Positions 1 to 9,834 of a stretch of 64,000 bases of DNA are shown piece by piece. The position numbers and the translations under genes were made by a program. Source of the stretch: an uncultured bacterium (GTDB taxonomy: Bacteria > Krumholzibacteriota > Krumholzibacteriia > Krumholzibacteriales > Krumholzibacteriaceae); the NCBI GenBank assembly GCA_963813815.1, contig CAWFAD010000012.1:32001-96000 (forward strand). The letters run 5' to 3'. The notes beneath the pieces are model-generated. The model was not told the DNA's origin and searched no databases. It saw nothing but the letters and a program-made list of their open reading frames with translations. The stretch's first letter is position 1; each line of letters starts with the position of its first letter.

Positions 1-289
1 TATCCTTGCCGAGCGTCTGAAAATCGGGCGTGCGGGCGACGAAATCCGTTTCGCAGTTGAGCTCGAGCAGGACCCCGATCCTCGCCCCCGGATGTATGTA
101 CGAGAAAACGCATCCCTGGTTCGCCGTGCGCGACGCCTTCTTCGCGGCTACCGAGAGCCCCTTCTCGCGCAACAGCTTGATGGCCTTCTCCATGTCCCCC
201 TGCGCGTCCTCGAGGGCGCGCTTGCAATCCATCATGCCGGCGCCCGTCTTCGCGCGAAGGTCGCTCACCTGCTTCGGTGTGATGCTCAT
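1..289 (-). CDS. tsf: Translation elongation factor Ts (5' part; runs off the window edge)
   Basis: Manual translation from ATG at 289: [26 protein letters not shown]...[13 protein letters not shown] (EF-Ts signatures); directly downstream of rpsB. Confidence 0.97.
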   Translation of the reverse strand, partial: MSITPKQVSDLRAKTGAGMMDCKRALEDAQGDMEKAIKLLREKGLSVAAKKASRTANQGCVFSYIHPGARIGVLLELNCETDFVARTPDFQTLGKD

Positions 290-338
290 CGACTATCCTC
301 CCGTATGCGTCGTATGTGAAAGCGCCGAAGGTTCGGCG

Positions 339-1166
339 CTACGATTGCTTCTCGCCTTCCGCTTCCTCGCCGGGCCTGCGGGGCGGGCGGCGCCGGGCGT
401 TCGGCCCCCGATCGGAATGATCGTCCTTCGCGGCGGCCGCGTCCGACTGCTTCGCCTTCTCGTCGAGGAAATCCTTGTTCTTGAGGAACCGGGCGCGCCC
501 CTCGATGACCGCGTCCGCGACGAGGCTCGTGAAGAGCTTGATCGAGCGGATCGCGTCGTCGTTCGCCGGTATGGGGATGTCGACCTCGTCGGGATCGGCG
601 TTCGTATCGACGAGACCGATGATCGTGAGACCGAGCTTGCGCGCCTCCTTGACCGCGATCTCCTCCTTCTTCGTGTCGATGACGACGAGGCAGGAGGGGA
701 TCTGCGTCATGCCGCGGATACCCGAGAGCACCTTGAGAAGCTTCGCCTTCTGCTTCTCCATATCGAGCTTTTCCTTCTTGGAGAGCTGGTTGATCCGGCC
801 GTCGCGCTCCATCGCATCGAGGTTGTCGAGACGATCCATGCTCTGCTTGATGGTGCGGAAATTCGTGAGAATGCCGCCGAGCCATCGCTCGTTGATGTAA
901 TACATGCCGCAGCGAGAGGCGTCCTCCTGGACGCTCTCCTTGGCCTGCCGTTTCGTGCCGACGAAGATGACGGTCTTGCCCTCGGCCGCCATGGCCTCGA
1001 CCACGGTGGCGGCCTTTTCCATCTGCGTGACCGTTTGGCGGAGATCGATGATGTAGATGCCGTTTTGCTCTTTGTAGATGTAGGGCTTCATTTTCGGATT
1101 CCAGCGCCTCGTCTGGTGCCCGAAATGTGCGCCCGCCTCGAGCATGTCCTTGATGGTGACGTTCAC
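339..1166 (-). CDS. rpsB: 30S ribosomal protein S2
   Basis: LEAGAHFGHQTRRWNPKM, IPANDDAIRSI motifs; SD GGAGG before GTG start. Confidence 0.99.
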   Translation of the reverse strand: MNVTIKDMLEAGAHFGHQTRRWNPKMKPYIYKEQNGIYIIDLRQTVTQMEKAATVVEAMAAEGKTVIFVGTKRQAKESVQEDASRCGMYYINERWLGGILTNFRTIKQSMDRLDNLDAMERDGRINQLSKKEKLDMEKQKAKLLKVLSGIRGMTQIPSCLVVIDTKKEEIAVKEARKLGLTIIGLVDTNADPDEVDIPIPANDDAIRSIKLFTSLVADAVIEGRARFLKNKDFLDEKAKQSDAAAAKDDHSDRGPNARRRPPRRPGEEAEGEKQS

Positions 1167-1174
1167 CGCGTGGC

Positions 1175-1262
1175 CTCCTTCGGTTGTGCCGCCATCCCCC
1201 TCGAGCGCGCCCCATTCTCATCCGGGGAGAACACCCGGGGCCGGTACGGGGGATGTGTGAAT
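1175..1262 (-). promoter_or_regulatory. rpsB leader (S2 autoregulatory/t44-like structured 5' UTR)
   Basis: Minus strand CACACATCCCCC...GGGTG...GGGGGATG...AACC: long stem CATCCCCC/GGGGGATG with CACAC and AACC flanks, in the expected position before rpsB. Confidence 0.55.
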
Positions 1263-1273
1263 TCTTCGCGATC

Positions 1274-1666
1274 CTAGCGCTTCGAGAACTGGAACTTTTT
1301 CCGCCGCCCCGCCTGCCCGTACTTCTTCCGTTCCTTCTCGCGCGGGTCTCTCGTGAGGAACCCTCCCGACTTGAGCACCTTCTTTTGCGTTTCGTCGTGC
1401 ATCATGATCGCGCGCGAGATGCCGAGGCGGAGCGCCCCAGCCTGACCGGCCGTGCCACCGCCGCGCACCGTCGCCTTCACGTCGTACTTGCCGAGCGTAT
1501 TCGTCACGTCGAACGGCTGCCTCACGATAATCGAGAGCGCCTCGCGCTTGAGGTACTCCTCGACCTCGCGGCCGTTCACGAAGAACTTGCCCGTGCCCAC
1601 CGAAAGGTACACGCGCGCGATGGAGGATTTGCGCCTGCCGACCGCATGAAACGTTTCTTTCGCCAC
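1274..1666 (-). CDS. rpsI: 30S ribosomal protein S9
   Basis: GRRKSSIARV, GGGTAGQAGA, TRDPREKERKKYG...FQFSKR. Confidence 0.99.
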   Translation of the reverse strand: MAKETFHAVGRRKSSIARVYLSVGTGKFFVNGREVEEYLKREALSIIVRQPFDVTNTLGKYDVKATVRGGGTAGQAGALRLGISRAIMMHDETQKKVLKSGGFLTRDPREKERKKYGQAGRRKKFQFSKR

Positions 1667-1729
1667 CTGCTCACCTCCTTTGGCCGTGGTTGTGTCGTCC
1701 GATTCGCGCGAGACCGGCGCCCGCGGGCG

Positions 1730-2161
1730 CTAGAGCTCGAGCGATCGCGGCATCTGCGCCGCGTGCGGATGTTCCGGTCCCGCGTACACCTTGAGCTTCT
1801 TGAGGAGCCGTCTGCCGAGCCGGTTGTGCGGGAGCATTCCCTTGACGGCGTGCTCGATCACGAACTCGGGGCGCTTCGCGAGCGCATCCTTGTACTTCGT
1901 GATCCGCAGCCCGCCCGGATATCCCGTGTACCGCCAGTACGTTTTCATCTCCGGTTTGCGGCCGGAGAGGAAGACATTCGAGGCGTTCACGACGACGACG
2001 AAATCCCCCCCGTCGAGAAACGGCGAGTAGGTCGGTTTCGCCTTGCCGCGGAGCACCTGGGCCACCTTCGATGCGAGCCTGCCGAGCGGCATGCCGCTCG
2101 CGTCGACGATGTACCAATCCCGCTGGATATCCTTCCCTTTGATCGTAAACGTCTTCTGCAT
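1730..2161 (-). CDS. rplM: 50S ribosomal protein L13
   Basis: WYIVDASGMPLGRLAS, AVKGMLP, LKVYAGPEHPHAAQ; start placed at ATG 2161 (GTG 2164 possible). Confidence 0.98.
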   Translation of the reverse strand: MQKTFTIKGKDIQRDWYIVDASGMPLGRLASKVAQVLRGKAKPTYSPFLDGGDFVVVVNASNVFLSGRKPEMKTYWRYTGYPGGLRITKYKDALAKRPEFVIEHAVKGMLPHNRLGRRLLKKLKVYAGPEHPHAAQMPRSLEL

Positions 2162-2205
2162 CACATTCCTCCGAAATGCGATCAAGTGATCCCTGAAAAC
2201 AACCA

Positions 2206-2234
2206 AATATATACGCGGCAAGGAATTATGTCAA
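2206..2234 (-). promoter_or_regulatory. Sigma70-type promoter of rplM-rpsI-rpsB-tsf
   Basis: TTGACA-17 nt-TATATT on the minus strand. Confidence 0.75.
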
Positions 2235-2309
2235 GCGTCAAACGGCCGGTGGACGGCGCCCCCCGCCGGAGAAGCGTATTCCCGAAGACGGATGCCGCGA
2301 ACGATCAAC

Positions 2310-3419
2310 CTAACCCATTGCAATCAAAGAAATTTGCTTCCTATCGGGGCGGCGGATCACGCCGCGCTCGGTGACGATGGCGCGGATGAGCCGGGCCGGC
2401 GTCACGTCGAAGGCCGGGTTGTACGCCCTCGTTCCGTCGGGAGCGATGCTCACGCCCCGAATCGTCGTCACCTCGGAACCGGAACGCTCCTCGATCGGGA
2501 TATCGCGCCCCGTGGCGGTCCTAAAGTCGAAAGTGGACGCCGGCGCCGCGACGTAGAAAGGCTTCTTGAATTTCTCGCACAGAACGGCGAGCCCGAGGGT
2601 TCCGACTTTGTTCGCCGTGTCGCCGTTCGCCGCGATGCGGTCGGCGCCCACGATGACCGCGTCGACCTTCCCCGCCGCCAGCAGGGACGCCGCGGCGCCG
2701 TCGCAGAGAAGCGTGTGCGGGATGCGCCGCCGGTCGAGCTCCCACGCGGTGAGGCGCGCGCCCTGGAGCAGGGGCCGCGTTTCGTCGACGTACACGTGAA
2801 AACGCTTCCCCCTCTCCCACGCCTCGTAGAGGACACCGAGCGCCGTGCCGTAACCGGCCGTCGCGAGCCCTCCGGCGTTGCAATGCGTGAGCACGTTCAT
2901 GCCCTCGCGGACGAGACGGGCGCCGTTCCGCCCGATCGCCCGCTCGATCTCGAGCTCCTCGTAATGGATCCAGAAGGCCTCCGCCGCCACCGAGCAGCAT
3001 ATCTCGAAGGGATCCCGTCCGCCGTGCCTCGCCGCGCGCATGACGCGGTCGAGCGCCTGGAAGAGATTCGCCGCCGTCGGTCGCGTCGACGCGATCCGCT
3101 TTCGCGCGGCGTCGAGCACGCTCCGCAGGAGACGGGGATCGAGCCCCTCGTCGGAGAAGGGCGTCACGAACGAGGCGCGGTCAAAGAAATACGCCGGAGC
3201 CCTCTCGACGCGCGCGCGCAGGTGCTCCTCGACGGCCAGCAGCAGGCCGTACGCCGCGGCGATTCCGATCGCGGGGGCGCCTCTCACGCGGAGCGACCTG
3301 ATCGCCTCCTCGAGATCCTCGGGCGCGCGGAGACGGAGCGTTCGCGTCTTCCCCGGCAGGAGCGTCTGGTCGAGGATCTCGACGGCGCCCCTGCGATAAT
3401 CGATCGTCGGGAATATCAT
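2310..3419 (-). CDS. mtnA: S-methyl-5-thioribose-1-phosphate isomerase
   Basis: ILDQTLLP, VRGAPAIG, TRPTAANL, LTHCNAGGLAT, DETRPLLQGARLTAWEL, NPAFDVTP. Confidence 0.95.
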   Translation of the reverse strand: MIFPTIDYRRGAVEILDQTLLPGKTRTLRLRAPEDLEEAIRSLRVRGAPAIGIAAAYGLLLAVEEHLRARVERAPAYFFDRASFVTPFSDEGLDPRLLRSVLDAARKRIASTRPTAANLFQALDRVMRAARHGGRDPFEICCSVAAEAFWIHYEELEIERAIGRNGARLVREGMNVLTHCNAGGLATAGYGTALGVLYEAWERGKRFHVYVDETRPLLQGARLTAWELDRRRIPHTLLCDGAAASLLAAGKVDAVIVGADRIAANGDTANKVGTLGLAVLCEKFKKPFYVAAPASTFDFRTATGRDIPIEERSGSEVTTIRGVSIAPDGTRAYNPAFDVTPARLIRAIVTERGVIRRPDRKQISLIAMG

Positions 3420-4015
3420 GCGGTGCTCCTTTCGAGCTCCGAAAACAGCCTAAAGAGGAGCGAAACGGGGAGACCGACGACGTTGAAATAGCATCCCTCG
3501 ATCCTCTCGATGAACGGCGCCGCGTGTCCCTGAATCGCGTACGCCCCGGCCTTGCCGAAGGGCTCGCCCGTCGCGACGTACCGCGCGATATCCGCCGGGG
3601 ACAGCTCGCGGACGAAGACCCTCGTTCGCTCGCCGGCCGCGAGGACGGGGGCCGATTCGCCGAGCACGGCGATCCCCGTGATCACCTCGTGCATCCTCCC
3701 CGAGAGGAGCCCGAGCATCGCGGAGGCGTCCTCCGCTCCGGCCGGCTTGCCGAGCCTGCGCCCCGCGCACGCGACGATCGTATCGGCGGCGATGATCACC
3801 CCGCCGGGCCTGAGGGCCCGCGCCGCCGCGGCCTTCCGCTCGGCGACCGCCACGGCGAAACGCAGATCGTCCGCGCATTCGACGCCGTTTTCCTCGATCC
3901 CCGTCGCGAGCGTCTCGAACTCGAAACCGAGGCGCTCCAGTATCTCGCGCCGCCGCGGCGAGGCGCTCGCGAGAACGAGGCCGCGCTGGAGACTCGCGGG
4001 CACGAATGGATTCAT
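3416..4015 (-). CDS. maf: Maf-family nucleoside triphosphate pyrophosphatase
   Basis: LVLASASPRRREIL, ADTIV, GKP, KAGAYAIQG, NVVGLP. Confidence 0.95.
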   Translation of the reverse strand: MNPFVPASLQRGLVLASASPRRREILERLGFEFETLATGIEENGVECADDLRFAVAVAERKAAAARALRPGGVIIAADTIVACAGRRLGKPAGAEDASAMLGLLSGRMHEVITGIAVLGESAPVLAAGERTRVFVRELSPADIARYVATGEPFGKAGAYAIQGHAAPFIERIEGCYFNVVGLPVSLLFRLFSELERSTA

Positions 4016-4482
4016 CGGGGTGTCTCCCCCCTCCCCGCCTCGCCGCCGCGGTCGATGACGAGCGTCACGGGGCCGTCGTTCACGATTCGTACGGCCATCT
4101 TCGCCCCGAAGATCCCTTCCGACACCTTCGGGTAGTATCCGCTCAGCAGGTCGAGAAAGCTCCGGTAGAGCCGCATCGCTTCTTCGGCCGGGGCGCTCCC
4201 GAGAAAATCGGGCCTCCGCCCCCGGCGGCAGTCGCCGTAGAGGGTGAACTGCGAGACGACGAGCACCGCTCCCTCCGTTTCGAGGACGGAGCGGTTCATC
4301 TTGCCCTCGCCGTCATCGAAGATCCTGAGCTCGAGACATTTGCGCGCCATCCAGTCGAGATCGGCGCCCGTGTCGGAGCTCCCGAAAGCGGCGAGCACGA
4401 GGATGCCGGGGCCGATCGAGGATACGACCTTTCCGTCGACCTCGACGCTCGCCTCCCGGACGCGCTGGACGACGACGCGCAT
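4012..4482 (-). CDS. dtd: D-aminoacyl-tRNA deacylase
   Basis: MRVVVQRVREASV, LRIF, SQFTL, NDGPVT; C-terminal part of ORF 4012..5481. Confidence 0.96.
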   Translation of the reverse strand: MRVVVQRVREASVEVDGKVVSSIGPGILVLAAFGSSDTGADLDWMARKCLELRIFDDGEGKMNRSVLETEGAVLVVSQFTLYGDCRRGRRPDFLGSAPAEEAMRLYRSFLDLLSGYYPKVSEGIFGAKMAVRIVNDGPVTLVIDRGGEAGRGETPR

Positions 4483-4487
4483 GGCAA

Positions 4488-6233
4488 TCACGCCGCCCCG
4501 GCCGGGGCGGCGTCCGCGCCGGGGCCGGGCGCCGTCTCGGAGAGCCGCATCTCGTCGATCTGGAGCTGCGCCTCCGTTTTCCCCTGATACGTGTTCTTGC
4601 GCACGTGCACGAGGGCATCGACCGTTTTTCCAGCGATCTCCCCGGGCTTCCACGCCGCCGCGATCGAAAAGCCTATGAGATCCCTCGTCTCGCCCTCGCG
4701 GTCGGCGGCCTCGAGCTTGAGATGGCCGTCCCCGACGACCCTCGTGCGGTCGAGCACGCGCAGCCCGCGAAGCATGAGCACCGGCTCGGGATTTCCCATG
4801 CCGAAGGGGCCGAGGCGCTCGATGAACGATTGGAGCTCGAGCGTGCAATCTCCGAGGGCCGCCTCCGCGTCGGCGTGCAGGACGCACTGCTCCGCGGGGC
4901 ACGCCATGAGCTCGCCCACGACCTCCTCGAACATCCTTTGAAAATCGGGAATGTCCTGCTCGCGGATGCTGAATCCACCCGCCTCCTTGTGCCCGCCGTG
5001 ATCGACGAGGTATCGCCCGCAACGCTCGAGGGCCGCCTTGACGTTGACCTTGCCCGCCGAACGCGCCGATCCTTTTCCCATGCCGTCGCGGACGGCGATA
5101 AGCACGGCGGGCATATCGTACCGCTCGGCGAGGCGCGAGGCGGCGATGCCGACGACCCCCTCGTGCCAGTGCGAGCCGGAGAACACGAGCGCCTTCGGCT
5201 CGTGGTGCCAGACGCGATACTCGGCGTATTTGATGGCGTCGTTGATGACGCCTTCTCCGAGCCCCTTTCGCTGCTCGTTCTCCGCGTTGATCCGGCCGGC
5301 GATCCGCTCCGCCTCGCCCTCGTCCTTGCTGATGAGCAGATCCACGGCCGAGCGCGCGCTTCCGATGCGGCCCGGCGAGTTGAGCCGCGGAATGATAGTG
5401 AAGCTCACCTGCCGCGCCGAAAAATTCTTCGCCGCAAGCCCGCTCTCGCGGCGGAGCGCCGCGAGCCCCGGCCGGCGCCACTCCCGGAGCGCCGCGAGCC
5501 CCCGCGTCACGAGCACGCGGTTCTCGCCGTACATGGCGCCGCTGTCGCCGAGCGTCCCGAGGGCCACGAGGTCGAGATGGTCGCCGAGCGAAAGATCGAC
5601 GCCCATGACGCGCTCGAGCCCCTGCAGGAGCTTGAAGGCGACTCCCGTGCCGGTGAGCTCCTTGAAGGGATACCGCTCGCCGGGGAGCTTCGGGTTGACG
5701 AAGGCGTGCGCCTCGGGAACACGGGTCCGCGTTTCGTGATGGTCGGTGACCAGCACCTTGACCCCGCGCTCGGCGAGCCCCGCGATGACCTCGCGATCGC
5801 TCGATCCGCAGTCGACCGACACCACGAGCCCGAGGCCGATTTCGAAACCGCGGTCCATGACGCGCCGGGCGAGGCCGTAGCCGTCCTTGGCGCGATCGGG
5901 CACGAAGAAATGCACGTTCGCCCCGAGCCGCGAGAGGGCCTCGTGGAGCAGGGCCGTGCCGCAGACGCCGTCCGCGTCGTAATCGCCGTGAACGAGGATC
6001 GGCGTCTTGTCCGCGATCGCGTCCCGGAGCAGACGCGCGGCGGGCTCCATCTCGTTGAAGAGAAAGGGATCGTGCAGGTGTTCGAGGGACGGGTTCAGGA
6101 AGCGATGGGCTTCATCGGCGCCCCCCACTCCGCGCGCGGCCAGCAGCCGCGCCTCGAGAGGACGCAGCGCGAGAGCGAGCTCGAGCTCGCACAGGACTCG
6201 CTCATCGACCGGCCGCAGACGCCAGATGTCCAT
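4488..6233 (-). CDS. recJ: Single-stranded-DNA-specific exonuclease RecJ
   Basis: GDYDADG, DCG, TDHH, PRLNSPGR, GSARS, GGHKEAGG, PFGMGNPEP; start at MDIWRL. Confidence 0.95.
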   Translation of the reverse strand: MDIWRLRPVDERVLCELELALALRPLEARLLAARGVGGADEAHRFLNPSLEHLHDPFLFNEMEPAARLLRDAIADKTPILVHGDYDADGVCGTALLHEALSRLGANVHFFVPDRAKDGYGLARRVMDRGFEIGLGLVVSVDCGSSDREVIAGLAERGVKVLVTDHHETRTRVPEAHAFVNPKLPGERYPFKELTGTGVAFKLLQGLERVMGVDLSLGDHLDLVALGTLGDSGAMYGENRVLVTRGLAALREWRRPGLAALRRESGLAAKNFSARQVSFTIIPRLNSPGRIGSARSAVDLLISKDEGEAERIAGRINAENEQRKGLGEGVINDAIKYAEYRVWHHEPKALVFSGSHWHEGVVGIAASRLAERYDMPAVLIAVRDGMGKGSARSAGKVNVKAALERCGRYLVDHGGHKEAGGFSIREQDIPDFQRMFEEVVGELMACPAEQCVLHADAEAALGDCTLELQSFIERLGPFGMGNPEPVLMLRGLRVLDRTRVVGDGHLKLEAADREGETRDLIGFSIAAAWKPGEIAGKTVDALVHVRKNTYQGKTEAQLQIDEMRLSETAPGPGADAAPAGAA

Positions 6234-6291
6234 AGAATCTCCGTGGAATACCGCTGTTCGCCATGATCCCGGCGGGGTCCGGACGGCGAAG

Positions 6292-6656
6292 GGCGGCGGA
6301 GCAGACTTGTAAGCCGGGTTCTGTTCCTTTCCATGACGGGCGGTGATCATTCATCTGGGACTGCCGTTACCGGCAGCCTCAAGCGACCAACCCGGAGGAA
6401 CGGGCGGGCCGCCTCTCCTCTCCTATTTGGTCTTGCTCCGGGTGGGGTTTACCTTGCATCCGCCGTCACCGCCGGCCCGGTGAGCTCTTACCTCACCTTT
6501 TCACCCTTACCTGCCGCGAACGGAGGCGGTATCTTTTCTGTGGCACTTTCCCTGGGGTCACCCCCGCTGGACGTTATCCAGCACCCTGCCCTGTGGAGCC
6601 CGGACTTTCCTCGTGCGTCGCGAGGACGCCGCGATCACCCCGTCTGCTCCGCCGCC
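6292..6656 (-). ncRNA. rnpB: RNase P RNA (type A)
   Basis: Minus strand has GAGGAAAGTCCGGGCTCC, AGTGCCACAGAAAA, GGGTGAAAAGGTGAGGTAAGAGC, GAGCAAG and AACAGAACCCGGCTTA; terminal helix GGCGGCGGAGCAGAC/GTCTGCTCCGCCGCC; upstream promoter TTTACC-17-TATATT (6716-6688). Confidence 0.98.
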
Positions 6657-6877
6657 GTCCGCCGATACCGGACGCCGGCGCGGCTGGAATATAGCACCGG
6701 CGCGGGGCGAGGTAAAGAAAAGACGCCGCCCACCCTCTCGCGCCATGAGACCGAGCTCGACGAGATCGCGGCGAAGGCGCGCCGCGGCGCGGGATGATGA
6801 ATCCTTGACACCGCCCCGCATTTGCCGTAATCAATGTGGACGTGCGATTTCGTTCCGCGCGAGATCGAAGGAGAATC

Positions 6878-8224
6878 ATGGTGAATGGCCATGCCACATC
6901 CGCCGCCACGAGAATCCTCGCGCGCATTCTGCCCGTGCTGCTCCCCCTCCAGATGTCGGCCGCCCGCGTCAACGCGGACGAGGGTTCGCGCCCGGCGTTC
7001 GACTGGGGCGCGAACCTTCGCCTCCGCCAGGAATACCTCGCGAACGTCTACGACTTTTCCGAGGCGGCCGAGGACGATTACAACTCGATCCGCGTGCGCT
7101 CGCAGCTGTGGGGCTCGTGGACGCCGGGCGAACGCTGGAAGCTCTTCGCGATGATCGCGAACGAGCACCGCCACTGGCTCAAGTCGAACAAGGGTCTCGA
7201 GGACGCCGATTTCGAGATCCACGAGCTTCTCGTTGAGAATCTCTACCTCGAGGGGAAGCAGATCCGCGGCACGCCGTTCGGATTCGTCCTCGGCCGTCAG
7301 AATCTGTTCTACGGCGAGGGCTTCGTCTGCTGGGACGGGGGGCCGCTCGACGGATCGAGGACCGCCTATTTCAACGCCCTCCGCCTCACGGCGGCCTTCG
7401 AGAAACGCCGTTTCGAAATCCACCTCATCTCGGACCCCGAGCGCGACCGGTATCTCACGCCCGTCAACGACCAGCGGCAGCGGCTCATCGAATGGGACGA
7501 GACGGGCGCCGGGCTCTACTATATCGACGAATCGATGGAAAAACGGAAAATCGAGGCCTACTACTTCTACAAGAACGAGCGAGACGACGGCGGAGAATAT
7601 CCGGAGAGCGACATTCACACGATCGGCGTCCGCGCCTCGGGGGAGGCCGCCGAGAACCTCACGTTCTCGGCCGAGGGCGCCGCGCAGATGGGCGACCGCG
7701 GATCGAGCAACCGCCTCGCCTACGGAGGCCACGCGACGCTGAAGCGGGCGTTCCGCCCCTTCGCGCTGAGCGGCGGGGGAATCTATCTCTCGGGCGATGA
7801 TTGCTCCCTCGACCGCTACGAGGGCTGGGATCCGCTCTACGGCCGCTGGCCGAAATGGAGCGATCTCTACATATACGCGCTCGCCGGCGAGCGGGGAGCC
7901 GCATACTGGGAAAACATCGCCTCGCTCTGGCTCGGCGGCGATTACGCGCCGATCGACCGGCTCTCCCTCGAGCTTCGGCTGCGCTTCCTCTGGGCGCCGG
8001 AGGCGCGATGGGAGGATTGGCCCGAGCCCTGCTCGAATCCGCCGACCGGAACGTTCGGCGAGTTCGCCTATCGCGGCACCATGTCGATCGTGAAGCTCAA
8101 CTGGACCGTGAACGAGTATCTCGCCGGCCACCTCCTCTGGGAGGCGTTCCGGCCGGGCGACTACTACACCATGAGCGAGGACACGGCGCATTTTCTCCGA
8201 TGGGAGATCCTCGCGAAATACTAG
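6878..8224 (+). CDS. Outer-membrane beta-barrel channel, alginate-export (AlgE)-like family
   Basis: Signal-peptide-like N-terminus, LRLRQE, LGRQNLFYGEG, YLSGDD motifs, amphipathic strands, terminal aromatic residue; SD GAAGGAG; TTGACA-17-TAATCA at 6805-6833. Confidence 0.7.
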   Translation: MVNGHATSAATRILARILPVLLPLQMSAARVNADEGSRPAFDWGANLRLRQEYLANVYDFSEAAEDDYNSIRVRSQLWGSWTPGERWKLFAMIANEHRHWLKSNKGLEDADFEIHELLVENLYLEGKQIRGTPFGFVLGRQNLFYGEGFVCWDGGPLDGSRTAYFNALRLTAAFEKRRFEIHLISDPERDRYLTPVNDQRQRLIEWDETGAGLYYIDESMEKRKIEAYYFYKNERDDGGEYPESDIHTIGVRASGEAAENLTFSAEGAAQMGDRGSSNRLAYGGHATLKRAFRPFALSGGGIYLSGDDCSLDRYEGWDPLYGRWPKWSDLYIYALAGERGAAYWENIASLWLGGDYAPIDRLSLELRLRFLWAPEARWEDWPEPCSNPPTGTFGEFAYRGTMSIVKLNWTVNEYLAGHLLWEAFRPGDYYTMSEDTAHFLRWEILAKY

Positions 8225-8247
8225 ACGTATTCGAAAGGCGCTCGAGC

Positions 8248-8364
8248 ATGGGACCGTTTCGTTTTCCGTGGCCGACCTTCATGGCCTTCGTCGTGACCGC
8301 CGCGAGCGTCGTCGTGGCGCTCGTCTGGGCGCTCCGCGACCGCGCCCGCGACCGCAGACCCTAG
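8248..8364 (+). CDS. Small single-TM membrane protein (38 aa), probable symporter accessory subunit
   Basis: MGPFRFPWPTFMAFVVTAASVVVALVWALRDRARDRRP; immediately upstream of an SSS symporter, a common arrangement. Confidence 0.6.
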   Translation: MGPFRFPWPTFMAFVVTAASVVVALVWALRDRARDRRP

Positions 8365-8388
8365 GCCATTCACAGAGGGGGTACGCGA

Positions 8389-9807
8389 GTGACGCTCCTG
8401 CAGGCGTGCATCGCCGTTTTGTTCCTCTACATCGCCGTTCTCATGGGGGTGGGCATCTGGAGCGCCCGCCGGACGCAGTCGGCCGGCGATTTCATTCTCG
8501 GCGGGCGTACGATCGGCCCGTGGGTGACCTCGCTCTCCTACATCGCCGTCTACTTCAGCTCGGTCCTCATCATCGGAGGCGGCGCGTTCGGCTACAAATA
8601 CGGCATGGCGACGATCTGGATCGGCGCGATCAATGTGATCGTCGGCTGCACGCTCTGCTGGATCGTTCTCGGGCGGCGCGTGCGCGAGATGACGGAGCGC
8701 CTCGGGGTGCGGACGATCTCGGGGTTCTTCGCCCGGCGCTTCAACTCCCCGGCGGCGGGGATCTATTCGGCCGCGGTGGCCTTTCTCTTCCTCATCATCT
8801 ACAACGTGAGCGTCGTGAAGGGGATGGCGAACGCATTCGAGGTCCTCATGGATCTCCCCTACTGGGGGGGCGTGCTCATCTCGGGGCTCGTCATCATTTT
8901 CTACGTGGTGCTCGGCGGGTACATGGCCGTCGTCTGGACAGGATTCCTGCAGGCGTGGGTGATGATCTTTTCGCTTCTCCTCCTTCTCTTCAAGACCGTC
9001 GGAGCGGTCGGCGGCCTCGGCGCCGGCATGGAGAGGCTCGCCGCCCTCGGACCGCAGTACGTCGAAACGCCGGGCGTGTGGGGATGGGCGGGGCTCTTCA
9101 GCTTCTCCCTCGTCGTGAGCCTCGGCGTTTGGGGCATGCCGCAGCTCGTCATACGCTTCTACAGCGTCAAGGACACGAAGACGCTCCGGCTCGGCACGGT
9201 CATCGTGACGATCGGGGCCGCGATCGCCGTCATCCCCTACCTCGTCGGCGCCCTCACGCGCGTGCTCATCCCCGGCCTCGAGCACCCCGATCTCGCGATC
9301 CCGAAGCTCGTCGCCCTCGTGCTCTCCCCCTGGGAAGCCGCCGTGCTGCTCGCCGGCGTCGTCGCGGCCGGTATGTCCACCTTCGCCGGCGTGCTCATCA
9401 TCATCTCGAGCTCGCTCGTGAGCGACATCTACCAGCACGGCCTCCATCGCAAGCTCACGAACGCGCAGGAGGTCTTCGCCAACCGCATCGTGAGCGCCTC
9501 CGTGGGGCTCATCTCTCTCGCGATCGCGCTGCGTCCCCCCGCGCTCATTCTCGTCCTCACGGGGTTCGCGTGGGCCGTCATAGCGAGCACGACCCTCTGG
9601 CCGCTGCTGTTCGGGCTGTACTGGAAAGGGGCGAGCGCCGCCGGAGTCGTCGCGTCGATGATCGCCGGATCGCTCACGGCGATCGTCTGGACGTGGCTCA
9701 AGAAACCGTGGGGTGTGGACGGCTTCATCGCGGGATCGCTCGCGAGTCTCGCCGTTCTCGTGCTGATAACGGCCGCCGTTCGACGGCGCTCGCGTGAAGC
9801 CAGTTGA
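8389..9807 (+). CDS. Sodium:solute symporter (SSS; PutP/PanF-like)
   Basis: DFILGGRTIGPW, GGYMAVVWT, GMPQLVIRFY, AAGMST; about 13 hydrophobic segments. Confidence 0.92.
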   Translation: MTLLQACIAVLFLYIAVLMGVGIWSARRTQSAGDFILGGRTIGPWVTSLSYIAVYFSSVLIIGGGAFGYKYGMATIWIGAINVIVGCTLCWIVLGRRVREMTERLGVRTISGFFARRFNSPAAGIYSAAVAFLFLIIYNVSVVKGMANAFEVLMDLPYWGGVLISGLVIIFYVVLGGYMAVVWTGFLQAWVMIFSLLLLLFKTVGAVGGLGAGMERLAALGPQYVETPGVWGWAGLFSFSLVVSLGVWGMPQLVIRFYSVKDTKTLRLGTVIVTIGAAIAVIPYLVGALTRVLIPGLEHPDLAIPKLVALVLSPWEAAVLLAGVVAAGMSTFAGVLIIISSSLVSDIYQHGLHRKLTNAQEVFANRIVSASVGLISLAIALRPPALILVLTGFAWAVIASTTLWPLLFGLYWKGASAAGVVASMIAGSLTAIVWTWLKKPWGVDGFIAGSLASLAVLVLITAAVRRRSREAS

Positions 9808-9834
9808 CGGCCGCGGCTGCCCGCCTCGCCGCCG

